A stretch of 64,000 bases of DNA from Klebsormidium nitens (GCA_000708835.1 DF237170.1:62001-126000), one strand, 5' to 3'. Positions 1 through 12,911 are shown, counted from the stretch's first letter. A program made the numbers and translations. Notes: generated from the letters alone by a model not told the origin.

Positions 1-51
1 AATGCTTCTGAGGGCTAGTGTTTGGTTTTGGATTTGAGCCGGGTTGTGAGG

Positions 52-143
52 GTCAACGGGAAGCACTGGTACACGAAAGAGGGCGGCTTTCAGATGTGAA
101 TTCGAGCACGCCCGGAGTTGTACTCTGTGCTGCGGAGGTGAGG
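52..143 (+). pseudogene. Paladin exon-end segment with an in-frame TGA (decayed intronic echo, or a broken exon)
   Basis: Frame 1 reads NGKHWYTKEGGFQM*IRARPELYSVLR, then AG|GTGAGG at 137/138. It joins in phase to exon 542 to give ...LRRLLRRDPMG. TGA 97-99 sits at the Trp of the W-x-x-ARPEL motif. Confidence 0.65.
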
Positions 144-541
144 GGTTTGGAGGAGAACTGCTAGCTTTCTGCAAAAGAGTTTCGGGTTAAAGGCTACTCT
201 TGCTTTCTGGAAGACGAAGCGAAAATCTGAGCAAGTCTGAAAATCAAAGTCTCGCCTCCTCTTTCGCTCGCTGCCTCCTCCGTTGTCGAAGCTCACTCGC
301 AGCACTTAGCCGGGCATGCCTCATCGAGAACCTTTGTGAATTTGCCAATGCTCGAGGATTCAAGCCAGCTTTTCCCCCAGCTTTCTTCCCCGTGCACATG
401 GTGCTATGTAAACCCTTTCCCCCGGAGGTATTTGCCATTGTAGGGGGGACCTGATGCACACACTTCGACGAAGAGTTTATGCTGAGCATGAGGTACAGAC
501 ATGTTATGAACGCAATCCTCACCCCTTCCCCTCACGTACAG

Positions 542-3500
542 GCTACTACGGCGGGACCCAATGGGCGCTCTCGGTCTCAGCAACAAGCCCCGCATGCGGC
601 GCAGCATCACCGTCGGCGAGCAGTCCGGTGCGGACATGGACGCGGTAGTCTCTGCGCGGTCCGGCGAAGTGCTCGGACGGAGTACGATTCTCAAGAGCGA
701 CCACTTCCCAGGCTGCCAGAACACCAACCTGCCCGAGAAGATCGAGGGCGCGCCCAACTTCCGGGAGGTGGGTTTGCACTGGTTAGGGGAGGGTTAGCGG
801 TAGCTTGAGTGCGGGTCACTAGGTTCGTGAATGAGTGTGGCTGAGATCGTGGACAGTATAGGCCACACCGATTCTCCGAAAACGAAGGCCTTGTCTCAGT
901 TTTGAGAGGGGGTTGCAGCCTGGTATTGCGATACTCGGCGGCAATTTGGGAACTGTGTAGGCGTTGCCACTGTTGACACTGGACAGACAAGGTTGTTGAG
1001 GGAAGCGTGCCGTTTGACTTGCTTATGGCATACTTTTCCGTCACGTTTCATTGCCTTGTTTTCCATCTTCCTCTGGAAGAAACGCCTGTTGTTGCAAGGG
1101 ACCTGCTGTCTGTGTAGTAGAGCAAGTGATGCGGCAACAGCTGCATCTGCTGAAAGGGACCGGTCAGCAACGTCTTAAGGTACAAATTCAGCCGGCAATC
1201 CGTGAAAATTCTTTGCGGACAGCACCTTCTTCCTCCCACCTCAAGTCGCAGAAGCATTTTGCCCCTCGTTTGGGCACACTTCTGATTTGGACTTGTATCA
1301 GACTCTCTGAGGACACTGACACTGCTCAACGTCGCCCCTATCCAGGTGTCCGGCCTCCCGGTTTACGGCGTTGGCAACCCGACGATCGACGGCGTGCGCC
1401 GTGTGCTGCGTCGGATAAACGACGGCGGCCGGCGGCCGGTGCTGTGGCAGAACATGCGGGAGGAGCCGGTGGTGTATGTTAACGGGAAGCCGTTCGTGCT
1501 GCGCGAGGTGGAGCGACCGTTCAAGAACATGCTCGAGTATACGGTGAGGGTCTTAATGTTTCCTGGTCACATGTCTCCCGAGAGTGTAACATTGAAATCA
1601 ACAAGAGGCCCTTTGCTTTGTGCAGAGTAAAGAACGACCTTTAAGGAGCATGCTCGAGAAGTACAGTGAGGGCCCTTTTGTTTGGGCTGTTCGAATTGAT
1701 TTGGGTCGAGTCTCGAACCGCATCAGCTTCTGGTATGAAGTTCTATGCCACTTATTCCTAACAAAGAGAGTTCAGCAGGCAGCCGCTTCAATACAACGTC
1801 ATGCGCTCGCTGTGCCACTTTCTGCGAGCTGGAATCTGCTGTTCCCTGTTCGTATTCTTGCAGGGGGGTAAGCTCGAGCATGCGACCTCGTGGTTTTCAA
1901 GGTTCAAGAGGCCCCGTATTTCCTTTCACTGTCGCCATCTCAGCTCGTGAAGCGCAGACTCTGTTAGCCTGGAATACTTCCCAATAACCAGGCAGCCAAG
2001 GGAACCCTCCGAACCCCTCAATCTCCTTATCGCTCACCTGACTATGAAACTGAAGAATCTCAATGGTCAAAGTACGAGATAGCATCAGACACGTCTTTCG
2101 CAGGGCATCGAGCGGGAACGCGTGGAGCAGATGGAGGCGCGCCTGAAGGAGGACATCCTGCGCGAGGCGGACCGCTACGAGGGCGCCGTCATGGTCAACC
2201 ACGAGACCGAATCCGGGGAGGTGGTCGACGTCTGGGAGCAGGTTACAGCGGCCAGCGTGCGCACGCCGCTCGAGGTGGGCATCTTCAGATGGAGGAATTT
2301 CCGAGTTTTAGGTTTACTCTTTTTAGTAGTCTGTGGAGTTGAAGAATGGTGGTCCCGGTTTGCAAGTCAATCGACGTCTGGGAGCAGGTCCCGCCCGCTA
2401 GCGTGTGCACGCTGCTCGAGGTGGGCATTTTGAGATGAAGACCTTCCCGAGTCTGAGCTTTATCTTTTTCAATGTTTTGGGTATTCAAAGAGCCGGCGGT
2501 CATGGTTTCGCCGGTCGTCGACGTCTGGGAGCAGGTTACAGCGGCCAGCGTGCGCACGCCGCTCGAGGTGGGCTGCGCAATTATGTGCGTTGCTACTGGT
2601 CAGCTTATGCTGTTCAGATCAAATTGCTGATCTTGAAGACGTAATTTGCCTAGAAGAGCTTGGCAGCGGGCGGCCTCCTTGTGTAGTCGACGTGGCAAGA
2701 AGCAATCGCAGGTCGTTCATCGGACGGTCTGTGAGGTGACGTCATGGCGATCCTGGAGAATCTCCCACCGGATCCAGTGTAGCATGCAAAGTGGGGGTTG
2801 CAAAGCTCTGATGCTATGTTGCCGACTTGCTGGGTCTACACACCCTACAGAATTCGATTCTGACGCCCTACAACCCGCAGTCAGGAAAGAGCCCCTCTAA
2901 CTTTTCCGCGTTCTTGGTCTTGTGCAGGTGTTCACGGAGTTGCAGGCGGAGGGCTTCCGGGTGGAGTATGCGCGCGTCCCAATCACGGACGGCAAGGCGC
3001 CCAAGAGCCCCGACTTTGACGCGCTTGCGCGCAACATCGTGCAGGCTGGAAAGGAGGCTGCCCTTGTGTTCAACTGCCAGGTAAAGCGTCTGAAGTACGG
3101 TACCTCCGTCTGATATGGTCCAATGTTGGGTTGTGGGCTTGTTTGCGTCGAGTCTTCTTGGTCTGGCTGCAAACTTTTAATCTTGCCCTGGTCACGAAGT
3201 CAACGAAGTTTTTTTAAACACTATCAACTCTCAGTTGACGAACTTCGTAGCACCAGCGTGCGCAAAGTCGCCGCTAAGACCATCTTTGCACGGTTCTTAG
3301 TAATTTGCCAACAAACTCAATAGTAGGAAAATCAGTGCGAGCTTCTTTTATGCGTCCTGCCGTTTCAAGTTTCTAAGAGTGAGGATTAGTAAGTCCTTCC
3401 AGGTACCTTAGGTGACTAACTTTATGGGTTCTACACCATTTTCAGATGGGCCGCGGTCGTACAACAACGGGTACCGTCATCGGCTCCCTCGTGCACCTGC

Positions 3501-6500
3501 GCATCGCCTTTGGGCGCCCCCTGCGAATGCCCCCAATGCCGCAGGGCAGCATCGAGTACCACGACGAGGGGTCCAGCTCGGGGGACGAATTATACGAAGA
3601 ACCGGGCACTTCACCAGCCGTGACGCAGACTCCTGAGAGCGCCCAGAAAACTCCTCCGGGGGAAGATTCGGACGGTCAGTCACAGGCTGCCAAGAACGCC
3701 CAGGGGGATCCCCCAATTGCCGAGGGGGACCCCCCCGTGAAAGTACCTGGGGACCAGCCAGCCCAGCCGCAGACTCCTGAACCCGTTCGGGGGATCCCCC
3801 CGGGAGGGAAGCCCCCGGCGCCGACCCCTCGACGGGGCTTAAGTGGAAATTACTTTGCAATGGACGACATTGGGGTGATAAGGAAGATTGCGAGGCTGCT
3901 GGAGAACGGGGCCGAGTGCCGGAGTATTGTGGACCAGGTGAGGGAATGATGACCTCAAGCTGAGATTGGCTTGGGTGCGGCGCTGGTCTTTCAACGTTTG
4001 AGGGCTGACAGGAGATGGTGTCAAGAAAGTTGGTGTTTTGACGCACCAGAAACACTGCAATTTCGATTCAAACCTACTTCTTGGTCCCCTTCGTTGGCAC
4101 AGGGAACGGTGCGAAGTTCAGCAAGACTTTTGCCTGCTTATCCTGCTGACGTCAGGCCGACTTTTGCCTTCCTCTTCGGCATCACTGGCACATGTTATTG
4201 GGCCAGAAGCCACAGTAAAACTGCCCATCAACCAGTCAGTACGCACGTTTTGGGCCTCTTGAGACAACGGGCCTTTTGACCGATAGCTGGGCGAATGTGT
4301 CAAAGAGAAAGTTCGGAAGCACGGCGACGCCCTCACTTGACTTCTGTGAAGACGTCGCCGGCGAAGTTTAGGGTCCGGGTTTGCGGTTGGCAGAGAGCAA
4401 TAAATGCGACCTCCATCGAATGGTCCGGAGGGTCGAAGTTGGGGGCTGCCCCCATCGATCGACGGTTCCGAACTTTTGTTGCCGGGACCATGAGCGTGCG
4501 TACTGACTGCAACGGTTCAAGTCATGCTCAGTTAATCTGCTGGTCTGCGCTCACTTGGCCTCGTTAACAAGCCCCAAGTGGGCGTCGTACTGGCGTCATC
4601 TTTCGTTCAGGTGGTCGACCTCTGCCACGCCATAAAGAACCTGCTCGACTAACCTGCTAGGCGTACGGGCCCCTGAAACCCCCCCCCACACCCCTCAATG
4701 CTGACATTACGCTGACGTCATCGTCACACCTCTCCTCCTCAGGTGGTCGACCGCTGTGACGCAATGTAGCATCTGCACGAGGCGATCCTGCACTACCGGC
4801 GTGCTTTTCACAAGCAGCACGCTCTTGTAAATTGACTTTAAGCCCCAAGCTGTCGTCATACTGACGTCATCTTCACCCCCTCCCCCCCAGGTGGTCGACC
4901 GCTGCGACGCGATGCAGAACCTGCGCGAGGCGATCCTGCACTACCGGCGCGCGTTCAACAACCAGGGCGAGGTCCGGGCGCGCCGTGCGGCGCTCAACCG
5001 CGGCATTGAGTACCTCGAGCGTTACTTCATGCTGATCATCTTCGCGGGCTTTCTCGGGAGCGACGACTTCTCGCCCGACACCGCGCAGACGGGCGGCGTG
5101 TTCAAGGCGTGGGTGCAGCACCGCCCGGAGATCCGGCAGATGAAGATGGGCATGCGGCTGCGGCCAGCGCGCATCTTTACTGCGGCATCGGTAAGTCCTC
5201 ATGCTTTTGTAATCTCCTCTGCTGAGTGATGCCTCTCATTCATTAGTGGGTGCAGTCGCTTGTGTTTGGTCGGTCGAAGAGTGCGCCCCCTCCCTGAGCT
5301 AGCCTGGTCACGGACTCACGCAGTGTCTGTGAGAACCTCTGAGCAGTTCACGCCAGATTCTGCATAGAAAGGTTCGGTACAGTTTCATCAGGTCGTCCGT
5401 AGCATTCTTGCACTGCTTCACGTGTCCTCATCGCACCGTTCGCACACCTCTTCGCTTACCCTCTGCACAGAATGTGATCCAGTCGTCCAATTTGTCCGTT
5501 GGCTTTGTTTCCGTCCTTTCGTAGTACATTCGAAGTCAACCGAGGCTTCTATGTACCAAGTTTGCTCGGTATTGAAACTCTCAGGACGCTGGCTGGCGGC
5601 GAGCGACTGCGGCTGCTGAGATCGAGGACGGGCGGCGCTCCCCTAGTGGCGGGGAGGCCGCCATGGAGTCGGCGGTCCGAAGTAGAACCGGGTCCGTGCT
5701 GGGGCGACAGACCATTCTCAAGTTGTACCATTTTCCCGGCCAGAAACGGACGCCCATTACGGAGGAATTGGGCATCCAAGGGGCTCCGAACTTGTGCAAG
5801 GTGCGGAATAAGTCGTTGCTCAGCGGAGATGACGAAGTTTTCATTCTTAGCCCACAGGAACACGGAGGCGAGACGGGCGTTCGTAGAGTGCGAGACATAT
5901 GGTCCAAATGCGCTGTCCTCGTTGCTCCCAAAATTTGTTCTCTTGGACTCGCTTTTGGTTTTTTGTTGCGTTTGGCCGGTGAGAGCTTCGGAGTCGGATC
6001 AATTCCCTTGTGATTGGGTTCGTCGACGGCTTCGAGGCCAGAAGCGACGTTTGCCCAGCATTTGCGGTTCGCGGCTGCACAGAAACACTTTGCTTCTGGA
6101 ACTCCAAGCTTGCTTGATACCTGGCAAGGTTTTGCCTCAAACATTGACACCTGTCCTGCTCTGCTGATTCCGTATCCCCTGTTAGTTGCTTCCTCATGCA
6201 CTGTCCTAATCCCAGCGCTCTCTTTACTCGTTGCCGGTTCCTCAACGTTGGCAACTGCCAGACCTGAGCAGCACAAGTCCAACAGGTTCGAAAAGTTTGA
6301 AGCGCTGACCACCCTCGCAGGCGAGCGGTTAACATCGGAAACCCTTTAGGACATCGAACCGTGCAGTTGCTTTGTTCTCCTTTTTCGCCGCTCCCCCCTT
6401 TCTGGTCTCTTTCTCTATTTTCCCCCTCTTTATTGACACACTCAGTTCACCCCCCCTCCAGGTGGAGTCGCTCCCAGTGTACAGTCTGGCCACGCCCACG

Positions 6501-9500
6501 GTCGAGGGCGTGCAAGGCGTGCTGAGCCACATCGACGCTGCTCCAGGGGGGTCGAAACGGGCGGTGCTGACGGACCTGCGGGAGGAGGTCGTTGTCTACG
6601 TCAACGGGTTGGTAAGCTTTTTACTCGTCCTTATTCAAAGCTCCCGAGGTCTAGCGCAGCTTCGCCGAAGAAGCTTCTGGAAGTGGTGTCAAAGTTCCGA
6701 GGTCTTCACCAGAGGGTTTTGAAGATGAGCTTTGAAAGATTGCGAGAAATGCGAGAGGAAAGGCACAGCTTTGAATCTCTAGCGCTTCATGATCCGAACG
6801 GAGTAGCGCCAAAAGGAAAGGAGGCAGAAGGTCGGTCGATGCACTCTCGGAGACCGAGGATACAAGCATGAAGATACAACCAAAGGGTTCTGCTGGGCCA
6901 TGTTTTCGTTCTTACATCACACCTACGGACAAATTGTCGACATCGAGGCTCCAAGCTTTCCTTTGACTTCTCTATACCCTGCTACTGAAATGCTTTGGTG
7001 GGAATCTTGTCACCCACATCAGAAGAGTCCCATCTTCATTGCTGCAGCCGTATAACGCTTTGTGCTGCGTAATCTGGAGCACTACGTCCAGGCAATGTGT
7101 TGGAGACCTGTTTAGTGCGAAATTCAAAACCCTAGGTTCTCGTAGTCTAAACTGCTTAAATTTTCAATACCATACAAACATTCTTACTGGATTTTCGCTG
7201 GTGCAGCCATTCCTGCTGCGAGAATTTGAGCAGCATGTTCAGGCGATGCTTGGAGGGCGTTTCGAATGCGTAAAATAAAACCCACCCCTACAATTGCTGT
7301 ACTAGTTTCTAAAATCCTTACATCCATATGATGCTTTTTGCAGCCGTTCGTGGTGCGCGAGCTGGAGCAGCACATCCAGGCGAAACATTGGGGACGTCCC
7401 TGATGCGCACATCAAAGCCTACACCTGAGATGCTGCAATTGAAAATCCTGAGATCCTCAAATCCTGATAAATTGTTGCAGCCGTTCGTGCTGCGCGAGCT
7501 GGAGCAGCACATCCAGGCGATGCACTACGTGGGCATTGAGGGCCCCGTAGTCGCCGCTATGGAGGCGCGCCTTAAGGACGACATCGTGGCCGAGGCGCGC
7601 AGGAACCACGGCCGCGTGCTGCTGCACCGCGAGGAGGCGCGCAGCAACGTGAGTGATTTGACGCTTTCAAAAATCGCTTGGAAATTTGTGTTTGGATCGC
7701 AAATGTCTTTTGGTGATACGTTTTCCGGCCTGAACGTGACACGTTGGTATAGAAAGGTTGTTGGTCAAATACCTCAATCTTTGCGCGCAGTAAGCGAGAG
7801 GTTTTAGGCTTTATTTCCGGTTTCTCGGCTTTTCAGGGCAGCCATAGTTGGTCGATCAAGGCAACGGTTGGGCGTGAAGGGACTCGCTTGTAGATCTTGA
7901 GGGGACTGCGTTTGTGGGTTTTGACGCACTTCGCTTGGACGTCCGTTTGGATCGTTAACATCGTTCAAAATCACTATTCTCGGCTGGACGTAATATCTGA
8001 ATGTAGAAAAGTTATCTGAATGTAGAAAAGTTATTGGTCGGACAATCCAATCTTTGTGCTGCTGCCCCGGAAGGAGGCACGCCGCAGCGTGAGCGGTTTT
8101 GGTTTATCAGGGACTGCGCGTTTGGGCTTTTGAGATTGCGCTCGTGGCTTTTGGGGGATTGTGCTTGTGGGCATCAAAGTGGGCGTCGAAGTTTGAAGCT
8201 GGGGTGTCAAAGTCTGTTTGGGATCCAAACAACGGCCAGTTTGGGCTCCCAGTCCCAAAGAAGATATGCATCTCTTACGCCCAAATCAAGTGACCGCTCT
8301 TCTGGCCTTTGATGGGGTGCGCTTGTGAGCTTTGAGGGATTGTGCTTGAACGTCTGTTCTGGATCTTGACTGTCTTCTGGGAACGTTTCTTTGCCGGCTT
8401 GGACGTAATATTCCAAGGAAGCGTGGAGCAACATGAGCGGTTTTGGGGTTTCAGGAACTGCGCCTTTGGGCTGTCAAGTTCTGCGCTTGTTCGTTTGTTC
8501 TGGAGCTTAGCTTTCTTCCAGACCTTCTGTTTTGGAGCTGAACCTCCCCTGGCTGGGACGCGACTTCTCGTTCCAACTCCGTCGTTGACCTGGACAATCT
8601 ATGCTTTGCACTGCAACGTGGTGCGCATCGAGGAACCGGATTTTTGTCAATATGATCTGATTTGTGATTGCCGTTGAAGAGAGTTGGGGAAACAAGAGGC
8701 TTCTGTGTGTGCCACGATCCGGCTTGGGGAAATCTGGACATTGTCGGTAATCCTTTTGGGTGTGTGGGACGGTGTATGGAGTTTGGACCCAATTCCCATC
8801 GAAGATTTTCTTGGTGCTTGCTGTACCAAGGACACGTGGACCAACGTCAGCGCCTTAAAACCTGATCTCACAGTGCTCAGGGATCGAAGTCGGATTCAAT
8901 CAGAGGACGTGGACGCAGGTCCCTACATTTATTACTTTGCGTCCAATCAACGGATTCGACTATGTGGAATATTGGAATATTCGATTGGACAGTAACTAGC
9001 TACCGGATTGGACAGTAACTAGTTACCGAGATCCGATGTATCTTTGTGGATCCGGGCAATATTTCTCCTGGTACTGCCCAGATCCGCAACATGATTGGAC
9101 CTCCGGAACATGATTGGACCTCTCTATGATTGCACCTCCGCAAAATTATTGGATCTCTCTGGATGCGGCCAATTGGTTGAGCGGTCAAAACCGGGTCGTC
9201 ATTCGAACTTTGCAGGCTGGCAAGACCGACTGACTTGTTGTAACCGATCAGCACGGCCAGTACAGATAGGGAGCACACTTAGCTTGTAAGCTTGTGAGCC
9301 TGTGAAAGACTGCCTTTCAACGTTTGTTCTGGATTTTGACCGTTGCTTGGCTACACTTTATTCTTTCAAATTCTTTTCCGGCCCGGACTGGATGATCCCG
9401 ACGAGGCTGCAGCGTAAGTGGATCCTATTCGCGGGGGGCGCGCTTGTGGCCCAAAAGGTACCCACAAGCCTACAAGGGACCGCGCTTGATCAGTTGTTCT

Positions 9501-12500
9501 GGATCGTAAGCATCGGAAACACACTTTGCGGGCCTACCTATATCCACCATCTCGGTTTGGGTCCGCTGTTAATTAGATATAAGATTTCGGTGTTTATGCA
9601 TCGCAAAGAGAATCACACAGTAGTGTAAGAGCTACCGGTATGTTCTCGTTTGGCTAGAGCCTTGGAGGTTGTAGCCGACGAACTTTTTTGGGCACCTTTT
9701 TCCTGGATCGAAACAGTTTCTTAAGTTCTGGCGGCCGGTTTCCACTGTGCCTGTTGCACCAAGGAGACGTGGAGGAACGACAACGCCGCAATACCTCAGT
9801 TTACTTAGGGACTGAGGTTGGATTTAAACTCAAGATCTGGACGCAATCCTTTGGGCATAAGTTCGCGTCTAACGAAATGGAAGTGGTATATTTGATCAGA
9901 CCAATCTTCAACGGACTGGATAAACCTACACTGGATACATGCTTTTCTTTGGATTTGGAAAATTCTGCTCTGTCGCACGCTACTGGCTCTCTCATGCTGC
10001 TTACTGGATTTGGATCATCTCTGTCTCCCTTCGTGGTCGGTCGAACGCTATCGGCTCTCTGACGCTGCTTTCTAGATTCGGGCGATCTTTGTCTGCCTAC
10101 GTGGATGGTCGAACACTATTGGCTCCCAGAAAGCTGCTTTATAGATACGGGCAGATCTTTGTTTGTCCACGTGGATTGTTATTATCTTCGCCACGCAAGC
10201 TTCTTTTTGGACCTCTCTGGAGTTGGGATGCGGCCAATTGATACCTAGGGCGGGTCAAACCTGGTCGTCATTTGCGAAGCTTCCAGGCTGGCAAAAGCGA
10301 CGAGTCTCGACTTCTTGTACTTTCTACTCGGTCGGAACAGTCGGTACAGCTAGTACACCGACTAGAGTCAGTACGGTCAGTAGTGAGTACAACTCTGTAC
10401 ATACTGCATAATGATTTCATCTTTCGGCGGATGCATAATGTTCTCATTTTCCGAGGGACTGCATAATGGTCTCATTTTTCGACATCCCCTCCGGTTGGAA
10501 AGACAGTCTGGCATAAGCTTGGAATGGTCTTTTTCAGTTTTGAGGGATCGAGCACGAATCCCGGTACAGCAAGTCACTTTCTACCCAACAACATTCGTCC
10601 CTAGCGCAAGGTTGTTTTGGGCTTCCTTGCAAACAAACCAGGAACCATGTTGAGCGATCAAGAGGGGTTCTGGTGGTCTGTTTTCCGAATGACTCCAGCT
10701 TTTCCTTGGCCTGTTGCTCGAGATGCAAAGACTTTTCCCCCCATCTTAGCCGTGCGCATATCCAAGCAACGACCTCGCTCCTCAACAGCTGTAAGAGGAC
10801 GTGTTTTCGACACAAACTCAAGAATTGCCCCTTTCTCCAGGTGTCCGATGTTGACATTGTGGGCTATTGGGAAAATGTTCGCCCCGAGGCGGTCAAAACT
10901 CCCGCGGAGGTTTACGCCGCGCTCCGACAGGGGGGGTACAACATAGACTACGCGCGGATCCCCCTGACGCGAGAGCGCTTTCCCAAGGCTTCCGACGTGG
11001 ACCTCATACAGAACCGTATGGACGGGTGAGCGCGCAAGCCCGTTGGCCTGTTGATGACATTTGTGGCGCACTGGTCTTATGCCAGTGACTCCTTGGGATG
11101 TCAATGTTTAGTCTTGGTGTGACACATATTTCAGATGCAGGCAGAGAGCTCTTAGCTTTTCAAATCTCGGGCCAAAAGCTATCTTCTCCAGCAGAAAACT
11201 GTAAAATCCTGTACCTCCTGACTCCAAGTGGTCGATTGAAGCTTCCCAGTGTTTGGACCACAATTGAGCTCTACACCTTCCAATCAACGCAACATCTGAT
11301 CCCTTTCACAATTACGCCCCCTTGCAGTGCGGACGACAGCGTCCAGTTCATGTTCATCTCCCACACGGGCATTGGGGGCGTGGCATACGCTATGGCCATC
11401 ACGTGCCTCCGCCTCCAAGTCGAGGCGCAGCTGCACGGCCTCCCGAAACCCCCCCCTCCCGCTCCGACCCAGCCAGTAAGCCCGCTCGTCCCCCCCTCGC
11501 GAAACACGCTCGAGCGCGTCGTCTCCGCGCAGTCGATCATAAGCGGGCGCATCCCGAGCTACAGGAGCGGGGAGCTGCCCAGCTGGCGGAGCGGCGACTT
11601 ATCAAAAGTGACCCCCGAGGAGGCCGCGTTGCGGGCGGGGGACTACCGCGACATCCTGAGCCTGGTGCGCGTGCTGCAGTATGGGCCGCAGAGCAAAGAG
11701 GAGGCGGATGAGGTCATCGACAGGTGCGCTGACGTTATGCATTAGGTCTTTGTTTTGCCTCGCAAGTCTGGAAGCGTAGCCAAGTAGAGAGCTGTCCTTC
11801 TTTCCCTTCGCTTCCTGAAGCCTTTTTTGGGACTGCATTTTCGTCCTTGGAGTTGCCTTCTTTGACTGATTGCTGATAGCTCGAACAAATGCTCTGCGAG
11901 ACCCATATTATTACACGCGTCGCCTCTGAAATTAGCGAAGGCTGTGGATCCCCCCCTCGATTTGCCCCTGCGATCTGCCGTTTGTTTTGTCGATACTGAC
12001 ACTGAATTCAGTGTGGTGCGAATAGGTGGATTTTCATCTACGGGAGACGCGTTTATCTTTCACTCGAGGATCGAGCAGCAGCACGGGTCTTTTTCTTTGA
12101 CCAGGATTGAGTCGCCTCGATCGTGTAAAGCTTCTTGACTTGGTTCTGAAATTGAAAGGATCCTGCTTCAAGACCACTCGCGTGGTGCTCGTTAAAGTGG
12201 TCAGCTCTCTATGCAAAGCAAACGCTTGAGTACTGCAAGTTCTCTAAATTTCAGAAAATTCTTGTTCGGGCTTCTAAGACTTTCTCCTGCTGCTTCGTCA
12301 CACCACGCCACGGAGGGCTGCGTGCAAACTGAATTGGATGTTAATACCATCACGGCAAGTACAAAGGTCTGCTTTCGCGATGCTGACTCGAGACGCATCA
12401 GTGTATGTGTCCCTTCGGATTATCGGGAGGATCAAATCACAAGATAGAAGAGGGATCTTCGTTGGTTTAGGTGCGGTGTGGCAGGCCGACTGAAAGACGA

Positions 12501-12911
12501 CATCTACTACCACAAGCTGATGCTTGACGCGTATCCGAGCAAGCAAGAGAACGTGGACGAGCGGCGAGCCTCACTGACTGAGGACGGAATGAAAGCGCTT
12601 AGGTAAGCCATCGTTTTGCGGGTCCGAATGCGAACACTGTGCTGGGGAAAGTTGGAAATATTCTTGATGTCGCCCGTTGGCAATGTCGAATCGTATTCTC
12701 TTGGTGCCGGTATACACTTCGGTAAACCATCTTTGACTTATTCCGTCCGGCTCTCTGCAGGCGATACTTCTATCTCATTGCCTTCTCCTCATATCTTCGC
12801 ACTTGCAAAACATTGGACGGCAGGTCTGGGTCCAAGGCGCCAAGCTTTTCGTCATGGGTTGAGGCACGCCCGGAGTTGGGACATCTGTTGAGCAACTTGA
12901 AGCTGCAATAA
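542..12911 (+). CDS. PALD1: Plant-type paladin (three PTP-like/inositol-phosphatase-like repeats); 5' part including repeat 1 lies upstream of the window
   Basis: Phase-compatible GT-AG exons: 542-767, 1346-1543, 2104-2274, 2928-3080, 3446-3937, 4891-5190, 5585-5800, 6462-6611, 7481-7648, 10841-11025, 11328-11723, 12471-12602, 12761-12911 (TAA). Motifs: RRLLRRDPMGALG, GEVLGRSTILKSDHFPGCQ, NMREEPVVYVNGKPFVLRE, YARVPITDGKAP, FNCQ|MGRGRTTT (CX5R across a splice junction), third repeat with SHTGIGG in place of CX5R, terminal WVEARPELGHL. Recognised from memory of plant paladins; no search was run. Confidence 0.93.
2371..2573 (+). repeat. Two intronic copies of the 3' end plus donor of paladin exon 2104-2274
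   Basis: 2517-2573 is identical (57/57) to 2224-2280, including GAG|GTGGGC. 2371-2427 is a diverged copy. Confidence 0.92.
4575..4820 (+). repeat. Two intronic copies of the acceptor plus 5' end of paladin exon 4891
   Basis: CAG|GTGGTCGACC at 4610/4611 (more diverged) and at 4742/4743 (about 75 bp similar, ATGCAG changed to ATGTAG stop), versus the real acceptor at 4890/4891. Confidence 0.9.
7200..7384 (+). repeat. Two intronic copies of the acceptor plus 5' end of paladin exon 7481
   Basis: GCAG|CCATTCCTGCTGCGAGAATTTGAGCAGCAT at 7207 and GCAG|CCGTTCGTGGTGCGCGAGCTGGAGCAGCACATCCAGGCGA at 7344, versus the real exon at 7481. Spacing is exactly 137 bp. Confidence 0.9.
7860..10300 (+). pseudogene. 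Probable decayed leucine-rich-repeat gene relic inside the 3.2-kb paladin intron
   Basis: Fragmentary, frameshifted LRR-like peptides: RDCAFGL/RNCAFGL (8110, 8455), LDIVGNP (8734-8754), LLDLSGCGQL (9146-9175; echo near 10205-10235), and SNAIGSLTLLSRF (10041-10079) within three ~68-bp units at 9972-10175. The ATTGGACAGTAACTAG repeats at 8983-9025 read IGQLTS with one inserted base. Confidence 0.4.
10404..10487. repeat. Three ~28-bp tandem units (TGCATAATG-N-T-Y-TCAT-Y-TTT-like)
   Basis: ctgcataatgatttcatctttcg / tgcataatgttctcattttccg / tgcataatggtctcatttttcg. Confidence 0.7.

Noticed and set aside
348-427. ATG-initiated segment with a phase-compatible donor as paladin exon 1
   Set aside because: The peptide has no paladin similarity. 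Exon 542 starts mid-motif (R-LLRRDPMG) of repeat 2, so the real upstream exons lie outside the window.
8975-10487. Short direct repeats (also 30452-30514 and 58162-58290) considered as CRISPR arrays
   Set aside because: No unique spacers of regular length, degenerate units, intronic eukaryotic context, no cas genes.
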